Source of the DNA: Podarcis liolepis
Taxonomy: Eukaryota
Assembly (NCBI GenBank): GCA_965112155.1
Contig: OZ218115.1
Length of the DNA stretch: 64,000 nucleotides
Reading direction: 5' to 3' (one strand)
Shown here: positions 22,747-33,159 of the stretch, piece by piece
Layout: every line of letters starts with the position of its first letter
Position numbering within the stretch: the stretch's first letter is position 1
Position numbers and translations under genes: made by a program
Notes under the pieces: generated by a model
The model's database searches: none
The model's input: the letters and a program-made list of their open reading frames with translations, nothing else
What the model was told of the DNA's origin: nothing

Positions 22747-25700
22747 AGGGAGGGAGGGAGATTTCTTTGGGATTGGGTTAAACCAAGGATGGGGAACCTT
22801 GCTCATCTCCTGTCTATTGGCCGTGCTGGCTGGAACTGATGGGAGTTGGAGTCTGGAGGGCCACAGGTTGAACTCTGTCTCTCCACCTGCTGCAGTCTGG
22901 GTGCTGCTCAGGGTCTCCGTGCATCAGCTTTACATTTCACCGTATTTTTTGCTCTATAAGACGCACCAGACCATAAGACGCACCTAGTTTTTGGAGGAGG
23001 AAAACAAGGGGAAAAAAATTCTGAATCCCAGAAGCCAGAACAGCAAGAGGGATCTGGTTTCTGGGATAACCTCTTGCTGTTCTGGCTTCTGGGATAGCTG
23101 CTCACAGCCTCTCCCGGGCAAAGAGCGTGCGGAGCGTGTGTGTGGCTCTTGGGGGCTTTTCCCTGAGGAGGGAAAAGGGCAGCCCTTCTCCCTCCTTGGG
23201 GAAAAGCCCCCAAGAGCCGCACTCTTTAAAGGGAGCAGTGAGCAGAGCCTCCCGTCTGCATTTGCTCCATAAGACACACACACACATTTCCCCTTACTTT
23301 TTAGGAGTGGAAAAGTGCGTTCATACAATTAGCATTGCCTCTACTTTGCCCCCAAAGTCAAGATTCCAGGAGCATGCTTTTGACTATAACCAGGAGTGCT
23401 ACCCTGACACCACATAGTATGATCTTAAATTACTACAAACCACTGGCCCTAGTAAGTGTGGTGTTAGCTGCATATGCCCAAGGAGCATTAGGGGCTGCTG
23501 TGTGAGGAGTATCCCAGAGGGCATCTTTGGTACTCTGGGCTCAAAGCACAGTTGGATTTATAGCTATTGTGAAAAGAGTTGGAGGCAGGGAAAGCAGAAT
23601 GCACCAAGTTATCACCACAGAAAGCCAGAGGTAGACTGTGCCATCTGGAGAACCCTGCCTAGCTGAAGATGTCAACTTAAGACATTTTCATCATCTGCTC
23701 CCTAAAACTACCAGCGCATCCTGGCAAGGAGCTCTTCAGTAATTAACGGAACTGTTTCTCCTATCTGTTGGCGCAATTGTGAATAATTTTTTTAGGCAGG
23801 CATGGAATTTGCAAGACACTTGACTCTAAATCGTTTAGGTATTGCATTTTTATTCTAGCACCCATCCATCCCTCTACCCTCTGTTTACCCTCACAACAAT
23901 CCTAGCTGGGGATTGGGGTGAGAGAGGGTATGACTGGCTCAAGACCACCCAATGAATTTCATGGAACACTGAGGGATTTGAATAAGTGTATCCTTGCTAT
24001 GCCTTTAGAAAAGAGCAAATTCTGGAGATCAACTAGCATTAGATGGAGAGTTATTTTCCATACTGTTCCAAATCCCATTCTGCATTGCCTAGTGCTGTGG
24101 TACGCACTCAGGAGAAACAGGCCTTATGCACGTACTTCTTCCAGGTCTTAGGATGTAAGAGAGCAGAGCAGAATCAGGTTCAAGCTTGTGTCTAAGGGAA
24201 GGGATTTTAGGTCTGGTGTGTGCTACAGTTATGAGGTTGGACAGGGGTCCTGGGTTCTCTGTTCAGCATTCAAAGATTAGTAGGTTCTTAGCAGGCTGGA
24301 AGAGAAACTAGGAAGTAGCATACTTAAGTTCACCTCCTGATGCTCATTTAATTTTTCTTACTCCAGGTAAATCCTAACAGCATTGCTGCCAAGGATGGGC
24401 GAATCCGGGAAGGAGATCGCATAATCCAGGTGAATCCTGTGGGCGACTGTGGTGGGTGTTAAGAGGGATAATTTAATGCACAAATTTAAACTTGCCCTTC
24501 TGTACATTTCCTCCAATCCTAGATAAATGGCATGGAGGTACAAAACCGGGAGGAGGCTGTAGCAATTCTCACCCAGGAGGAGCGGACAAATATTTCTCTG
24601 CTGCTGGCTAGGCCTGAGACTGAGGTGAGAGGTCTTTAGATGCATGACAAAGCAGAAGGTGAATGGAGAAGGGCCAAAGCGAAGTAGCAGAGCACAAGGC
24701 TTGCATGCAGAAGGCACCACGTTCAATCTCTGGCATGTTCAGGTAGGGCAAGGAGAGACTGGGGCAAGTTATCTGGGTCTGTGTAAGGCAGCCTCCTCTG
24801 GTCCCAGAGTCAGGATAGGGGGATAGGCTGCTGGATCAAACCTCAGCTGTTGAAACCTGTCACGTAAGAAAGAAACTTGCAGCTGTTTAATGTGTTTCAG
24901 GGAACAGGTGCATTTGAGTGTCTCTTTGCTTGCTTGTTATGGAGCTGCATGGAAGTAGGCTGTCTCCTGCCAATGTCCCTTGCAGTCCGGGGGTGGAGAG
25001 AAAGGCTCGAAGGGACTGGCGTATTTATTGTTTGCCTTGTCTGATGCTGAGAAGGAGTGTGAGCTGCTGGTGAGCCTTGCCTACTCTTATTTAGGGGTGC
25101 TTGTGAAATCCTCCCTATCTGAATTTCTCACTCTTGATTTTAAAATTATGAATAAGCTGCCCTTGTTTCCAGAGCAGCAGTGATGCATTAGCAACCCATT
25201 CTTCTTCTTTTAACACACACACGCTATATCTGGTCATATGCCTATATGTCCACAGTTGGCTGCAGTTTTAGTTGCTTTCTCCCTTTTACAACTGCACATT
25301 GGTTTTAAATCACAGCACAAAATTATCCTTGTGCAATCAAATCAGGATTCATTTTTGTACTGATTTATATTAATAGTGTACTTAGGTGCTGGTCCATGTT
25401 GGCAATTCTGTGGAGATATGCATTGAAAACTGTGGCAAACTGATCATGTGCCAATTCCAAACATAATTATCATTTTATAATTTTTAAAAAATTAAAGCAG
25501 AAAGCAAGTAGGCAGAGCCAGACTAAGGACAGAGGCAACCCAGGTAATAATATTGGAATATATATATTGGGAGTTGCTGCTCTCCTCTAGCAGGCAAAAG
25601 TGGATGCCTACAGAATAATCAAGCCATGTCTGATTTCAAACAGCCAGGTGCTTGGGCTGTCAGCCAGGACAGGGATGGATTGACATTTATGCAGCAGTGG

Positions 25701-28700
25701 CAGTTCCTCCTCAGCAAGTCAGTTTCCATAAGCCCCCAAGCCCCTGCCCTGGTGAAAGAAGGTGGGCTCCCTTTATATCTCATTTACTTTGTATTACTCA
25801 AGCCTATATTTAAAACTTCAACCTGCGGATGGAGCAACATGTTGCAAGGCAAACACGTAGGATCCTGAACCTTGTTCGTTAGCCTCGTGAATTAGTGGGT
25901 GAAGGATAGTTTCAGCGGCCACTCTTTCCCCCTGCCCATTCCCCCCCCCAGGCATTTTGGGTGGTATCCAACTGCCATGTCCCATCAGGGCAAGGATTTC
26001 TGCTTCTACAACCCGCCCAACCCCTGTGCACACCCCTCCCGAAATCTGCTCCAAAGGGTTGGGGGAACTCCTAGAACAGATTTGGGGGGGCTTGAGGGAA
26101 GAAGGGGATCATGTCCCACAGTGCAAGCAGAAATCCTTGTGCCGATGAAATGAGACACTTGCCATTACATTTAATTCCACCCTTCATTTATATTTTTATC
26201 CAGGCTTTCCACCAGGGATGGACTTTGGACATCTTTGGTGTTATGGCACCCTGAATTTGGCAGTCCCAGATCACTCTTCTCAGTTAGGGAACTTCTCAAT
26301 TTATACGATCTGAAGAGAAACCAGAGTATATCTTCTCAATTTTGTGTCCCCTTGGCTCAGCGCCCTGTGGGACAGAACCGCCCGCACCGCTCTAAATCTG
26401 GTGTTGCTTCCACCAAGGAGCTCAGAGCAAGATATGTATATGGCTCTTTCCCCCCACCCGCCTCCATTTTGCAATTGCAACAACTCTGGATGGTAGGTTA
26501 GGCTGAGAGCCAGGGGCTGACCCAGGGATTTGAATGTGGATCTCATTGATTCCAGAGTTACCCAAAAAAACACGCTTTGTAAAATGCATTTGATTTCATT
26601 CCCTTACTGACATATTGCACTTGTTTTGGAAATAAAAAGTTCATAGTGTGTGAATTTGATGCAAGGACACTTGGTTGGGGCTCATTGAAGCCAGGCTGGG
26701 GATAGGGAACCTGGGGCCCTCCATAGGTTGCTGGCCTACATCTCCCATCATCCCTGACCATTGGCCCTGCTGGCTGGGGCTGATGGGTGTTCAACAACAT
26801 CTGGAGGGCAACCAAGTCTCCAGTCCCGGGCGAGACAGTGGAATTCCCAGCCATGTTCACTGTTATTCTCTTCATCCTTCCAGTTGTCCAAGCGTTGGAA
26901 GGACAGTGACCGTGAGGATTTCCTGGATGACTTTGGCTCTGAACACGAAGCCGGAACAAAGCCCCGGCGGCTCCTTTCTCCACCAGACCAGCAGGTGTGT
27001 GGTCTAGAACGGGAAGTGGCAGGTAGTCAGCAGTTTGCTCTGAAAAGCAGTCGGGGTGGAGAATCAAGAGTTCTCTCCTGGGCAACTTTCTGGGGACCAG
27101 AGGCAAAAGCAGATGGAGCAATGGATGAGACTTTCATCTTTGTACAGAAGGCTAAACTCCAAACCCATGAAAGCCAGAGGTTTCTATACATCCCCCACAA
27201 AACTCCCCAACCTCCATCCAGGCAGGCAAGCGGCATCATCACCACTCAAAGAGATTTCCCAGCCTGGAAAAGGCACTAAAGGAGGGTTCAGAGCAGGGCC
27301 AGGGAGAGGGGGGTGGCCTGAGGAGAGTCCCAAGGGGAGAATAGAGAGGAGGCCTGGGGCACCAGATTTAGCTTCTAGGCATGCAGTTCCCCTCCCCCCC
27401 ACTAGGACATTGTATGTGTTGCAGGATTTTGAGACACAAGAAGCAGCAAAGGGTTAACTCTGGGGTACATTGTATTACCTGATAGGGAGTGACTTGTGGT
27501 GGGATCATGTACAGATATGTCTAGAAAAGAAATTCATCATGTGCATTAAAGGATAAGCTCACTTTCAAGCGATGGGGAAGGTGCTCTAGGCAGAGTCAGA
27601 CCTTTGGTCCACCTAGTTCACGATTGTGATGGGGAAGCTGCCCGTCAGACGCAAAGCACACCATATCCCATGGAGCTACAGCCCCGACTGCTGCTGCAAA
27701 TCCCAGCTGCCTCAACCTGGAATGGTCATGGGGGTGCTTAGCTTGGCCGCCAAACTTTCATTTCAAAGGTTTGCAATATGACGTGACGCCTTTACTTCTC
27801 TATTTCTCTATGTCTCAGCTTAAGCATTACTGCATAGGTCAAGATCTACCTTCATGTTGCTGGATGAACTGCAGTAGACTAGCAACAATTTCTAACTCCA
27901 GGTTGTTTAGCAATGACTTCAATGAAAGGCTGCCCTGTCCCTGACTCACAGACACTTGATTAGGTTAGGATCCCTGCTGTGTTGCAACTTATACAGTGGC
28001 CACCCCAGTGTATAATAGGGTGTATTAGAGTGCAGGAGGGAATGGGCTTCACACACATGCCCCTCAGGCAGCATTTTGTCCTTGACTCCATCCCCTGCCA
28101 TAATTGCACTAGTGGAAAGCAATGCAGATTTTATAAACCCCAAGTCTTCTGATGCCTGCACTCAAGTAAGCCGCTGAAGGGGAGAAATGCTGCTATTATC
28201 ACCTGGGAAGCAATAGGCTTTGAGTGATTGGTTGAGATGCACAATAAGAGGATGACTCTCTCCCTACCTTTCTGTAGCCATTTACAGGTTGATAAAGGGA
28301 GTTTAGAAGAACCTCTGTGCCTGTCTTTTCAGCTTACATGGGTGTTAGTCTTGAAGTGCAGCTGGGCTCTCAGTCTTCACCCAGTTCAAAACCCTGCACC
28401 TATAGAAGCTTCCTTGCCAATCAGGGGTCTGTCTATGAGTCACACAAAGGTGTCATTTAGGAAATTCTGGGCCAGAAGCCTGGCATAAGGTGGTGTTCAT
28501 GCTTTTTTCTCTGAATGGTCCCCTCTCCTTCCTTCTCCATAGAACGAACCCTTACAAGAAAAGCCTCCTGGAGACCCGGCCACTCCTCTGACCAACAGCC
28601 AGGAGCTGGACAGTGGTGTCGGTCGCACTGATGAAAGCACTCGCAACGAGGAGAGCTCTGAACATGACCTCCTGGGAGACGAAGCACCTAGTGCTGCCAA

Positions 28701-29877
28701 CACCCCGGGAACCCTGCGCAAATTTGGGCCTAGCCTGCAGCCCCGCGACTTCCACTACAGCATGGACTCTCTGCTGGCAGGGGAGCCACCTAGCGCTGTG
28801 GGCACCGACATGATGCCAGGGCTTACTGACGAAGAGTATGAGCGCTACCGTGAGCTGCTGGAGCTAAAGTGCCACCTGGAGAACGGCAACGAGCCAGGCC
28901 TGGTGAGCGCTGCGCTGGACGTCAACCGCAACGAGGTGGCCCTCCTGGAGGAGGAGCTCCGCCACCTGGAGTTCAAGTGCCGCAACATCCTGCGAGCCCA
29001 GAAGATGCAGCAGCTGCGCGAGCGCTGCATGAAGGCCTGGCTGCTGGAGGAGGAAGGGCTCTACACCTTGGAAGGCGAACCGAAGAAACACGAGTTGTCC
29101 GACATCACCGAGCTGCCGGAGCGCTCCGATAAGGACAGCACCAGTGCCTACAACACCGGGGAGAGTTGCCGAAGCACCCCCTTGCTGGAGAGCCCCCTGC
29201 GCCGCCTGGCAGAGCCCCCCAACCTCAACCGGACTGCCCCACCTTCGCCGCCCCAGCCCAAATTCCGGCGTGAAGAGCGGGTGCGGCGCAGCCCCAAGGC
29301 AACCGGGGAAGGCAGCCCGTACTTGGGGCGGCGGCAGCGGGAGGAGCCGCCCGCTCCTATCAGCCCAATGAGCTTAGCCAGCATATGCAAGGACTCTCTA
29401 GGGGGCAAAGGAGAGCCCCGCATGGAGTGGAAAGTGAAGGTGCGCAGCGATGGCACGCGCTACGTGGCCAAGAGGCCGGTGAGGGACCGGCTGCTCAAAG
29501 CCAGGGCCATGAAGATCCGCGAGGAGCGCAGTGGCATGACGACGGACGATGACGCCGTCAGCGAGATGAAGATGGGGCGGTACTGGAGCAAGGAGGAGCG
29601 GAAGCAGCACCTGATCCGCGCCCGGGAGCAGCGGAAGCGCCGCGAGTTCATGATGCAGAGCCGGCTGGACTGCTTGAGGGAGCGCGAAGGCAGCGAAGCC
29701 CGGGGAGTGTCTGGTGAGGTCAACATCCTGGCCCTGAGTCACCGCAAAACCATGAAGAAACGGAGCCGGCGCATCCTGGACAACTGGATCACCATCCAGG
29801 AGATGCTGGCACATGGCACTCGCTCAGCAGATGGGCGCAGGGTTTACAACCCACTGCTGTCCGTCACCACGGTTTGA
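3335..29877 (+). CDS. PDZD4: PDZ domain-containing protein 4 (PDZRN4-like/LNX5), complete spliced CDS join(3335..3394,19095..19366,20964..21054,22449..22547,24367..24429,24523..24624,26884..26994,28543..29877), 710 aa
   Basis: All introns are GT-AG with consistent phases (2133 nt). The translation matches recalled human PDZD4 from MGCNMCVV(E)KPEEQY through the PDZ domain ([12 protein letters not shown]...[15 protein letters not shown]) to the C-terminus [10 protein letters not shown]. Confidence 0.96.
6922..7052. mobile_element. hAT MITE (131 bp)
   Basis: TIR CAGTGGCGTAGC; perfect 8-bp TSD GTCCTGGG. Confidence 0.9.
7633..7808. mobile_element. hAT MITE (176 bp) carrying a (GTT)n microsatellite
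   Basis: TIR CAGTGCTTTTTT / AAAAAGGCACTG; perfect 8-bp TSD GTTATAAC. Confidence 0.88.
8120..8161. repeat. (TAA)n microsatellite
   Basis: Direct inspection. Confidence 0.95.
13161..13370 (+). mobile_element. tRNA-derived SINE
   Basis: A box TAGTGGTTAGAG; B box GGTTCAAATCC; CORE/MIR-like body; AT-rich tail. Confidence 0.75.
14919..15304. repeat. ~155-160 bp tandem repeat (about 2.5 copies) inside the Tc2 element
   Basis: Unit starting CTGATGGTGAATTT... recurs at 14919, 15080 and 15234. Confidence 0.9.
15741..15857. repeat. 60-bp tandem duplication inside the Tc2 element
   Basis: CGCTCTGCT(C/T)TCCTCTCTACTTGCCTGGAGGGGAGGGGCTTTCCCTGCTCTTTGTTC occurs twice. Confidence 0.9.
17730..17946 (+). mobile_element. 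CR1 LINE 3' end
   Basis: GGTTGGACTAGATGACCCTC...CCCTTCCA...ATGATTCTATGA terminus. Confidence 0.85.
17981..18072. repeat. Compound (CT)n(GT)n(GA)n microsatellite
   Basis: Direct inspection. Confidence 0.95.
19095..19366 (+). CDS. PDZD4: PDZD4 coding exon 2 ([15 protein letters not shown]...EPYGLPD)
   Basis: Acceptor tag|GTC; donor CT|gtgagt. Confidence 0.93.
19553..20569 (+). mobile_element. L2-clade LINE 3' fragment (degenerate RT C-terminus)
   Basis: FNIYM...[37 protein letters not shown] across frameshifted frames; (AAC)n tail. Confidence 0.88.
20964..21054 (+). CDS. PDZD4: PDZD4 coding exon 3 ([13 protein letters not shown]...ELEYE)
   Basis: Acceptor cag|C; donor GAG|gtgaga; phase 2 to phase 0. 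Confidence 0.93.
22449..22547 (+). CDS. PDZD4: PDZD4 coding exon 4 (PDZ domain start, [19 protein letters not shown]...)
   Basis: Acceptor cag|GAG; donor GAG|gtgggg; 33 codons. Confidence 0.95.
22940..23320. mobile_element. Related Tc2-type non-autonomous element, right TIR truncated
   Basis: Left end CCGTATTTTTTGCTCTATAAGACGCAC and subterminal sequence homologous to 14778..; right end homologous to 16015-16070. Confidence 0.8.
24367..24429 (+). CDS. PDZD4: PDZD4 coding exon 5 ([21 protein letters not shown])
   Basis: Acceptor cag|GTA; donor CAG|gtgaat. Confidence 0.95.
24523..24624 (+). CDS. PDZD4: PDZD4 coding exon 6 ([16 protein letters not shown]...ARPETE)
   Basis: Acceptor tag|ATA; donor GAG|gtgaga; preceded by a 93-nt intron. 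Confidence 0.95.
26299..26329 (-). pseudogene. 3'-truncated (tailless) U5 snRNA retrocopy, nt 1-31
   Basis: ATACTCTGGTTTCTCTTCAGATCGTATAAAT on the minus strand; 11-bp TSD CTTCTCAATTT at 26292-26302 and 26332-26342. Confidence 0.88.
26884..26994 (+). CDS. PDZD4: PDZD4 coding exon 7 ([20 protein letters not shown]...PDQQ)
   Basis: Acceptor cag|TTG; donor CAG|gtgtgt. Confidence 0.92.
28543..29877 (+). CDS. PDZD4: PDZD4 terminal coding exon 8
   Basis: Acceptor tag|AAC, in frame with ORF 28762..29877; contains [28 protein letters not shown] and SVTTV*. Confidence 0.95.
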   Translation, partial: NEPLQEKPPGDPATPLTNSQELDSGVGRTDESTRNEESSEHDLLGDEAPSAANTPGTLRKFGPSLQPRDFHYSMDSLLAGEPPSAVGTDMMPGLTDEEYERYRELLELKCHLENGNEPGLVSAALDVNRNEVALLEEELRHLEFKCRNILRAQKMQQLRERCMKAWLLEEEGLYTLEGEPKKHELSDITELPERSDKDSTSAYNTGESCRSTPLLESPLRRLAEPPNLNRTAPPSPPQPKFRREERVRRSPKATGEGSPYLGRRQREEPPAPISPMSLASICKDSLGGKGEPRMEWKVKVRSDGTRYVAKRPVRDRLLKARAMKIREERSGMTTDDDAVSEMKMGRYWSKEERKQHLIRAREQRKRREFMMQSRLDCLREREGSEARGVSGEVNILALSHRKTMKKRSRRILDNWITIQEMLAHGTRSADGRRVYNPLLSVTTV

Positions 29878-30692
29878 GCGCATTGGAAGGAGCAACAGGA
29901 GGAGTTGCGGTGATGTTCTCCTTCCCTCCGGCTTTGCTGGAGAAAGACAACTAGATGGGCCAATCCTTTCCTCTGTTATCAGGAAGCTTGCTCTTTGAAC
30001 ACACCAAGGAATCGCTCGCCGTTTGCTGCCAGAGCTCCATTGGGCTCTTTGAACCAAATTTCATGGGGGACAGGAAGCCCAGAGTCCCTTGCAGCCTTAA
30101 GAACCAGAGGGCAAGAGGGGCCACAGCCCCAATCCTGCATCCACCAGGAGCTTGCTGCGGAGAGGTCTGTCCCCATCCCACAGATTACCTGTATGGAAGG
30201 TGATTGTGCAGAGAAGCTCACTCACCTGACCCTTACTGAGAGCTTTTGCCAGCTTATCCCCAGCACATCACATTTGGAAGCACAAGGATTCAGCTGTGTT
30301 CCTCTCTGTGCAGTATGCGGAGCACAAGGAAAGTGAGGAGGGTCACCCCCCCCCCCCGTACTGGCCAAGGCCAATGAAGGCACTCCTCACCCCCTCCCCT
30401 TGGGATATTGTGACATCTTTCTTTCCTCTTTTTCTTTCTCTCTCTCTTTTCTCTTTTGTGGTCGTGGATCTCAATTCCTTTTTCATTTCTCTATTTAAAT
30501 GGAAGCTTGGGCCCTGGAGGCTCATTCCACAAGCAACTGACAGTCTTCTTCCTGCATTTTCTGTCACCTGCTTACCCCGCCCCACCTGCCCCATGGAGAG
30601 GGGCTCTAGCTTAGTGGGGGGAGGGGGAAGAGACTGTGGAGCAGAGAGCTTGTGGTAAAACCCTGTATCCAAGGCTGAACTTGCATTGTTAC

Positions 30693-30698
30693 AATAAA
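30693..30698 (+). terminator. Probable PDZD4 polyadenylation signal
   Basis: AATAAA about 815 nt after the stop codon. Confidence 0.65.
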
Positions 30699-33040
30699 AA
30701 GAAAACTTTTTACTCATTGCAAAAAAACGTAAAAAAACGTTTCACGGGGGCTTTATTTTTGAAGCTTAGTGGTATAGGACACCAGAAAACATCAAATCCT
30801 TTCGCACCATAACACAATCCTACAAAACACCCCCCCCCTCATTTAAGGAGTAATATGCTGGCAGATACTGAAAATGGGGTTGCTTTGGGGAGAGCGCGCT
30901 GCAGAGCAGCTGAGCATAAGCAAAACCCCTCTCCGAATCCTGGTGGCACCCCACAACCAAGAGCTTGCAAGTGTCCCTTCCTGCAATCCCTCAGGCTGCA
31001 ATCCTGTAAGAACTTAGCTGGGAACATGTTCCATTGAAGCTAATGGGGCTTCCGAGGAAACATGCAACTTATTTGCACAGTAAATCAATATTTATTATTG
31101 GGCTTCATCTAAAGGATCTCAAGCAGCAGAGCTGGGAAAGGCTCTACCCCGAGACCTTGCAGAGCTAGTCAGAGGAGCAGTGAAGAAGCCCACAGGGAGA
31201 TGGACTAATTACTGCTTAGTGTATAAAGTAGCCTAAACTAACATTTGACTCATTTTTAACACGACAATCCAGTTAGTGCATATCACAGTGAAAAGGCTTG
31301 AAGCCGATTTAGAACATGAACACAATTGTGAGATCAGTTATGGCCTTGTGGCAAGAACCAGACACAGAAGGAACACAGTGAACACTCACTCCTAATATAG
31401 GTTCTTTCCCTTTTTTAAGAAGTGTACTTGAAGGCTGTTTAATGCTCTTCTATGCTATCACTGCATAGTCATTATCTGTATTGAAAAATTGATTTATGGA
31501 TTTTTACTGTCCTTACGCTTTTGATGAACCCCTGAATATATGTAGATTTTTGCATGGGCATAAATCCCTGCATGCACTGCTCTAACAAAACTACAAGCCC
31601 CCCCCCAGTTCCTTAGGGAAATTCGTAACATTTAGGTTGGTATAGTACATGAAGTTTATATCAAAGAATAATATCCCAGGCAAAGGAAGGGTAGGTAGCA
31701 TATTGCTGTTGAAAATTGCGCGCGCGCACACATACACACCTCAGTGAAGGGAGTGGCAGCTGCAGCCAGAGGATAAGTTTGCTTTACATTTGGTCCATAC
31801 CTACTCTTGGTTCAATTAAGCAGCAGATTCTAGATGGAACATTCCCTCCCTAACCTCCCACACATATTTATTTTCTTTAGCTTTTGAATTTAGCAATCAA
31901 ATGTTTAGGAAACCTTTAGTTACCCCCACTTCAAACAATACTAACGTTAACTTGCATCACATTGAACTAATTTTACCTTTTGTATCATTGTAGCGGACTT
32001 CTACAATGGGCTTAGATTGCCTAGAGAGGACTCAAAAAACCCTCCTGAATTCTAACAAAGGCAGGACTCCCTTTTTCTAACAAATTCTGAATTCTAACAA
32101 AGGCAGGACTTCTTTTACCCTAGCTACGGCAAGACAAAGCAGCACTCAAAGTCAGTCCCCAAGTGCCTGGGAAGAGGCCAAGACATCGGATGGTTAACAG
32201 AGCAATGTTAACTCATCATGTCAAGCAGGTCACAGAGATGCGGGCAGCCACCTGGAAAAAAACTCAGGAAGGCCAAGCTAGCCTCAAGCAGAGATGATAT
32301 AGCACAAGCCAGATAGCTTTGCTTGCTCAAGGAAATGGCAAATGGGGACCTCTCCATAACCAGCAAGATTCACTGCCTTTCTAGGATCACAGTAGGATAT
32401 TCAAGAGAGATCTTCCCTGCAGCCCCTTTGTGGCAAGCTTTCCCTTACTAATCCGGCATTAGCACAACTTTAGAGCAATGGTGTAATCCCAGCCGCACTG
32501 CACAGGCTCACACCAGGAGCCGCTGTCATTAGGCGGATAAGGAGCTGTGGTGCGAATATTGCTGCTTAACAGGATTAATGCAAAGAAAAGGAGACCAAAC
32601 CTCAGGGGTGGGGTGGCAGCTGCCATTACAGCACATCCACACCACCGAGCCAGCCACTGCTTAGAAGACTGTGCTGCACAAATGGGTTCAGGTTCAGTCT
32701 AGGAGATGAATTCATGAGAGGTGCTTGATCCTTATTCTCTAAGTATCCTGGCATCCTCAAAGGCTACTTTTAGGAACAAGAAAAGGAGGGAAGAAGTCCA
32801 GAAGGAGCAAACATTTCCTGCCTGAATCCCACCTGGTTATCCTGAGCTGCACTACTGGTCCTTGCATTCTTCTCTCACCCCCCACTCCCTGCAAGAGCCC
32901 CAGCAGCTGATTATTGGCAGGCCAGAGGGGGAGCTGCACTCTGTGATGCGGCTCTTGGTGGAGCCCAGTGTAAAGAAATCCTCACCCACCCCTGGAAAGG
33001 ACAAGGGCAAACACACACACAGCAAGTCTGGCATGAAAGG

Positions 33041-33046
33041 TTTATT
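33041..33046 (-). terminator. SSR4 polyadenylation signal
   Basis: AATAAA 8 nt after the TAA stop, followed by a GT-rich downstream element (tgtgtgtgtgttt). Confidence 0.8.
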
Positions 33047-33054
33047 GAAACGGA

Positions 33055-33159
33055 TTACGCTTGGATGTTGCTCTTAGCACTGAAAGCCATGTAATACACA
33101 AGGAGACCAATGAATGCTGCCAGCACCTCAGTGGAGACCCACGGTCCGCTCCAGGCACC
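33055..33159 (-). CDS. SSR4: SSR4 terminal exon 6 (TM helix)
   Basis: [34 protein letters not shown]; AAG acceptor after a polypyrimidine tract. Confidence 0.93.
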   Translation of the reverse strand, partial: GAWSGPWVSTEVLAAFIGLLVYYMAFSAKSNIQA

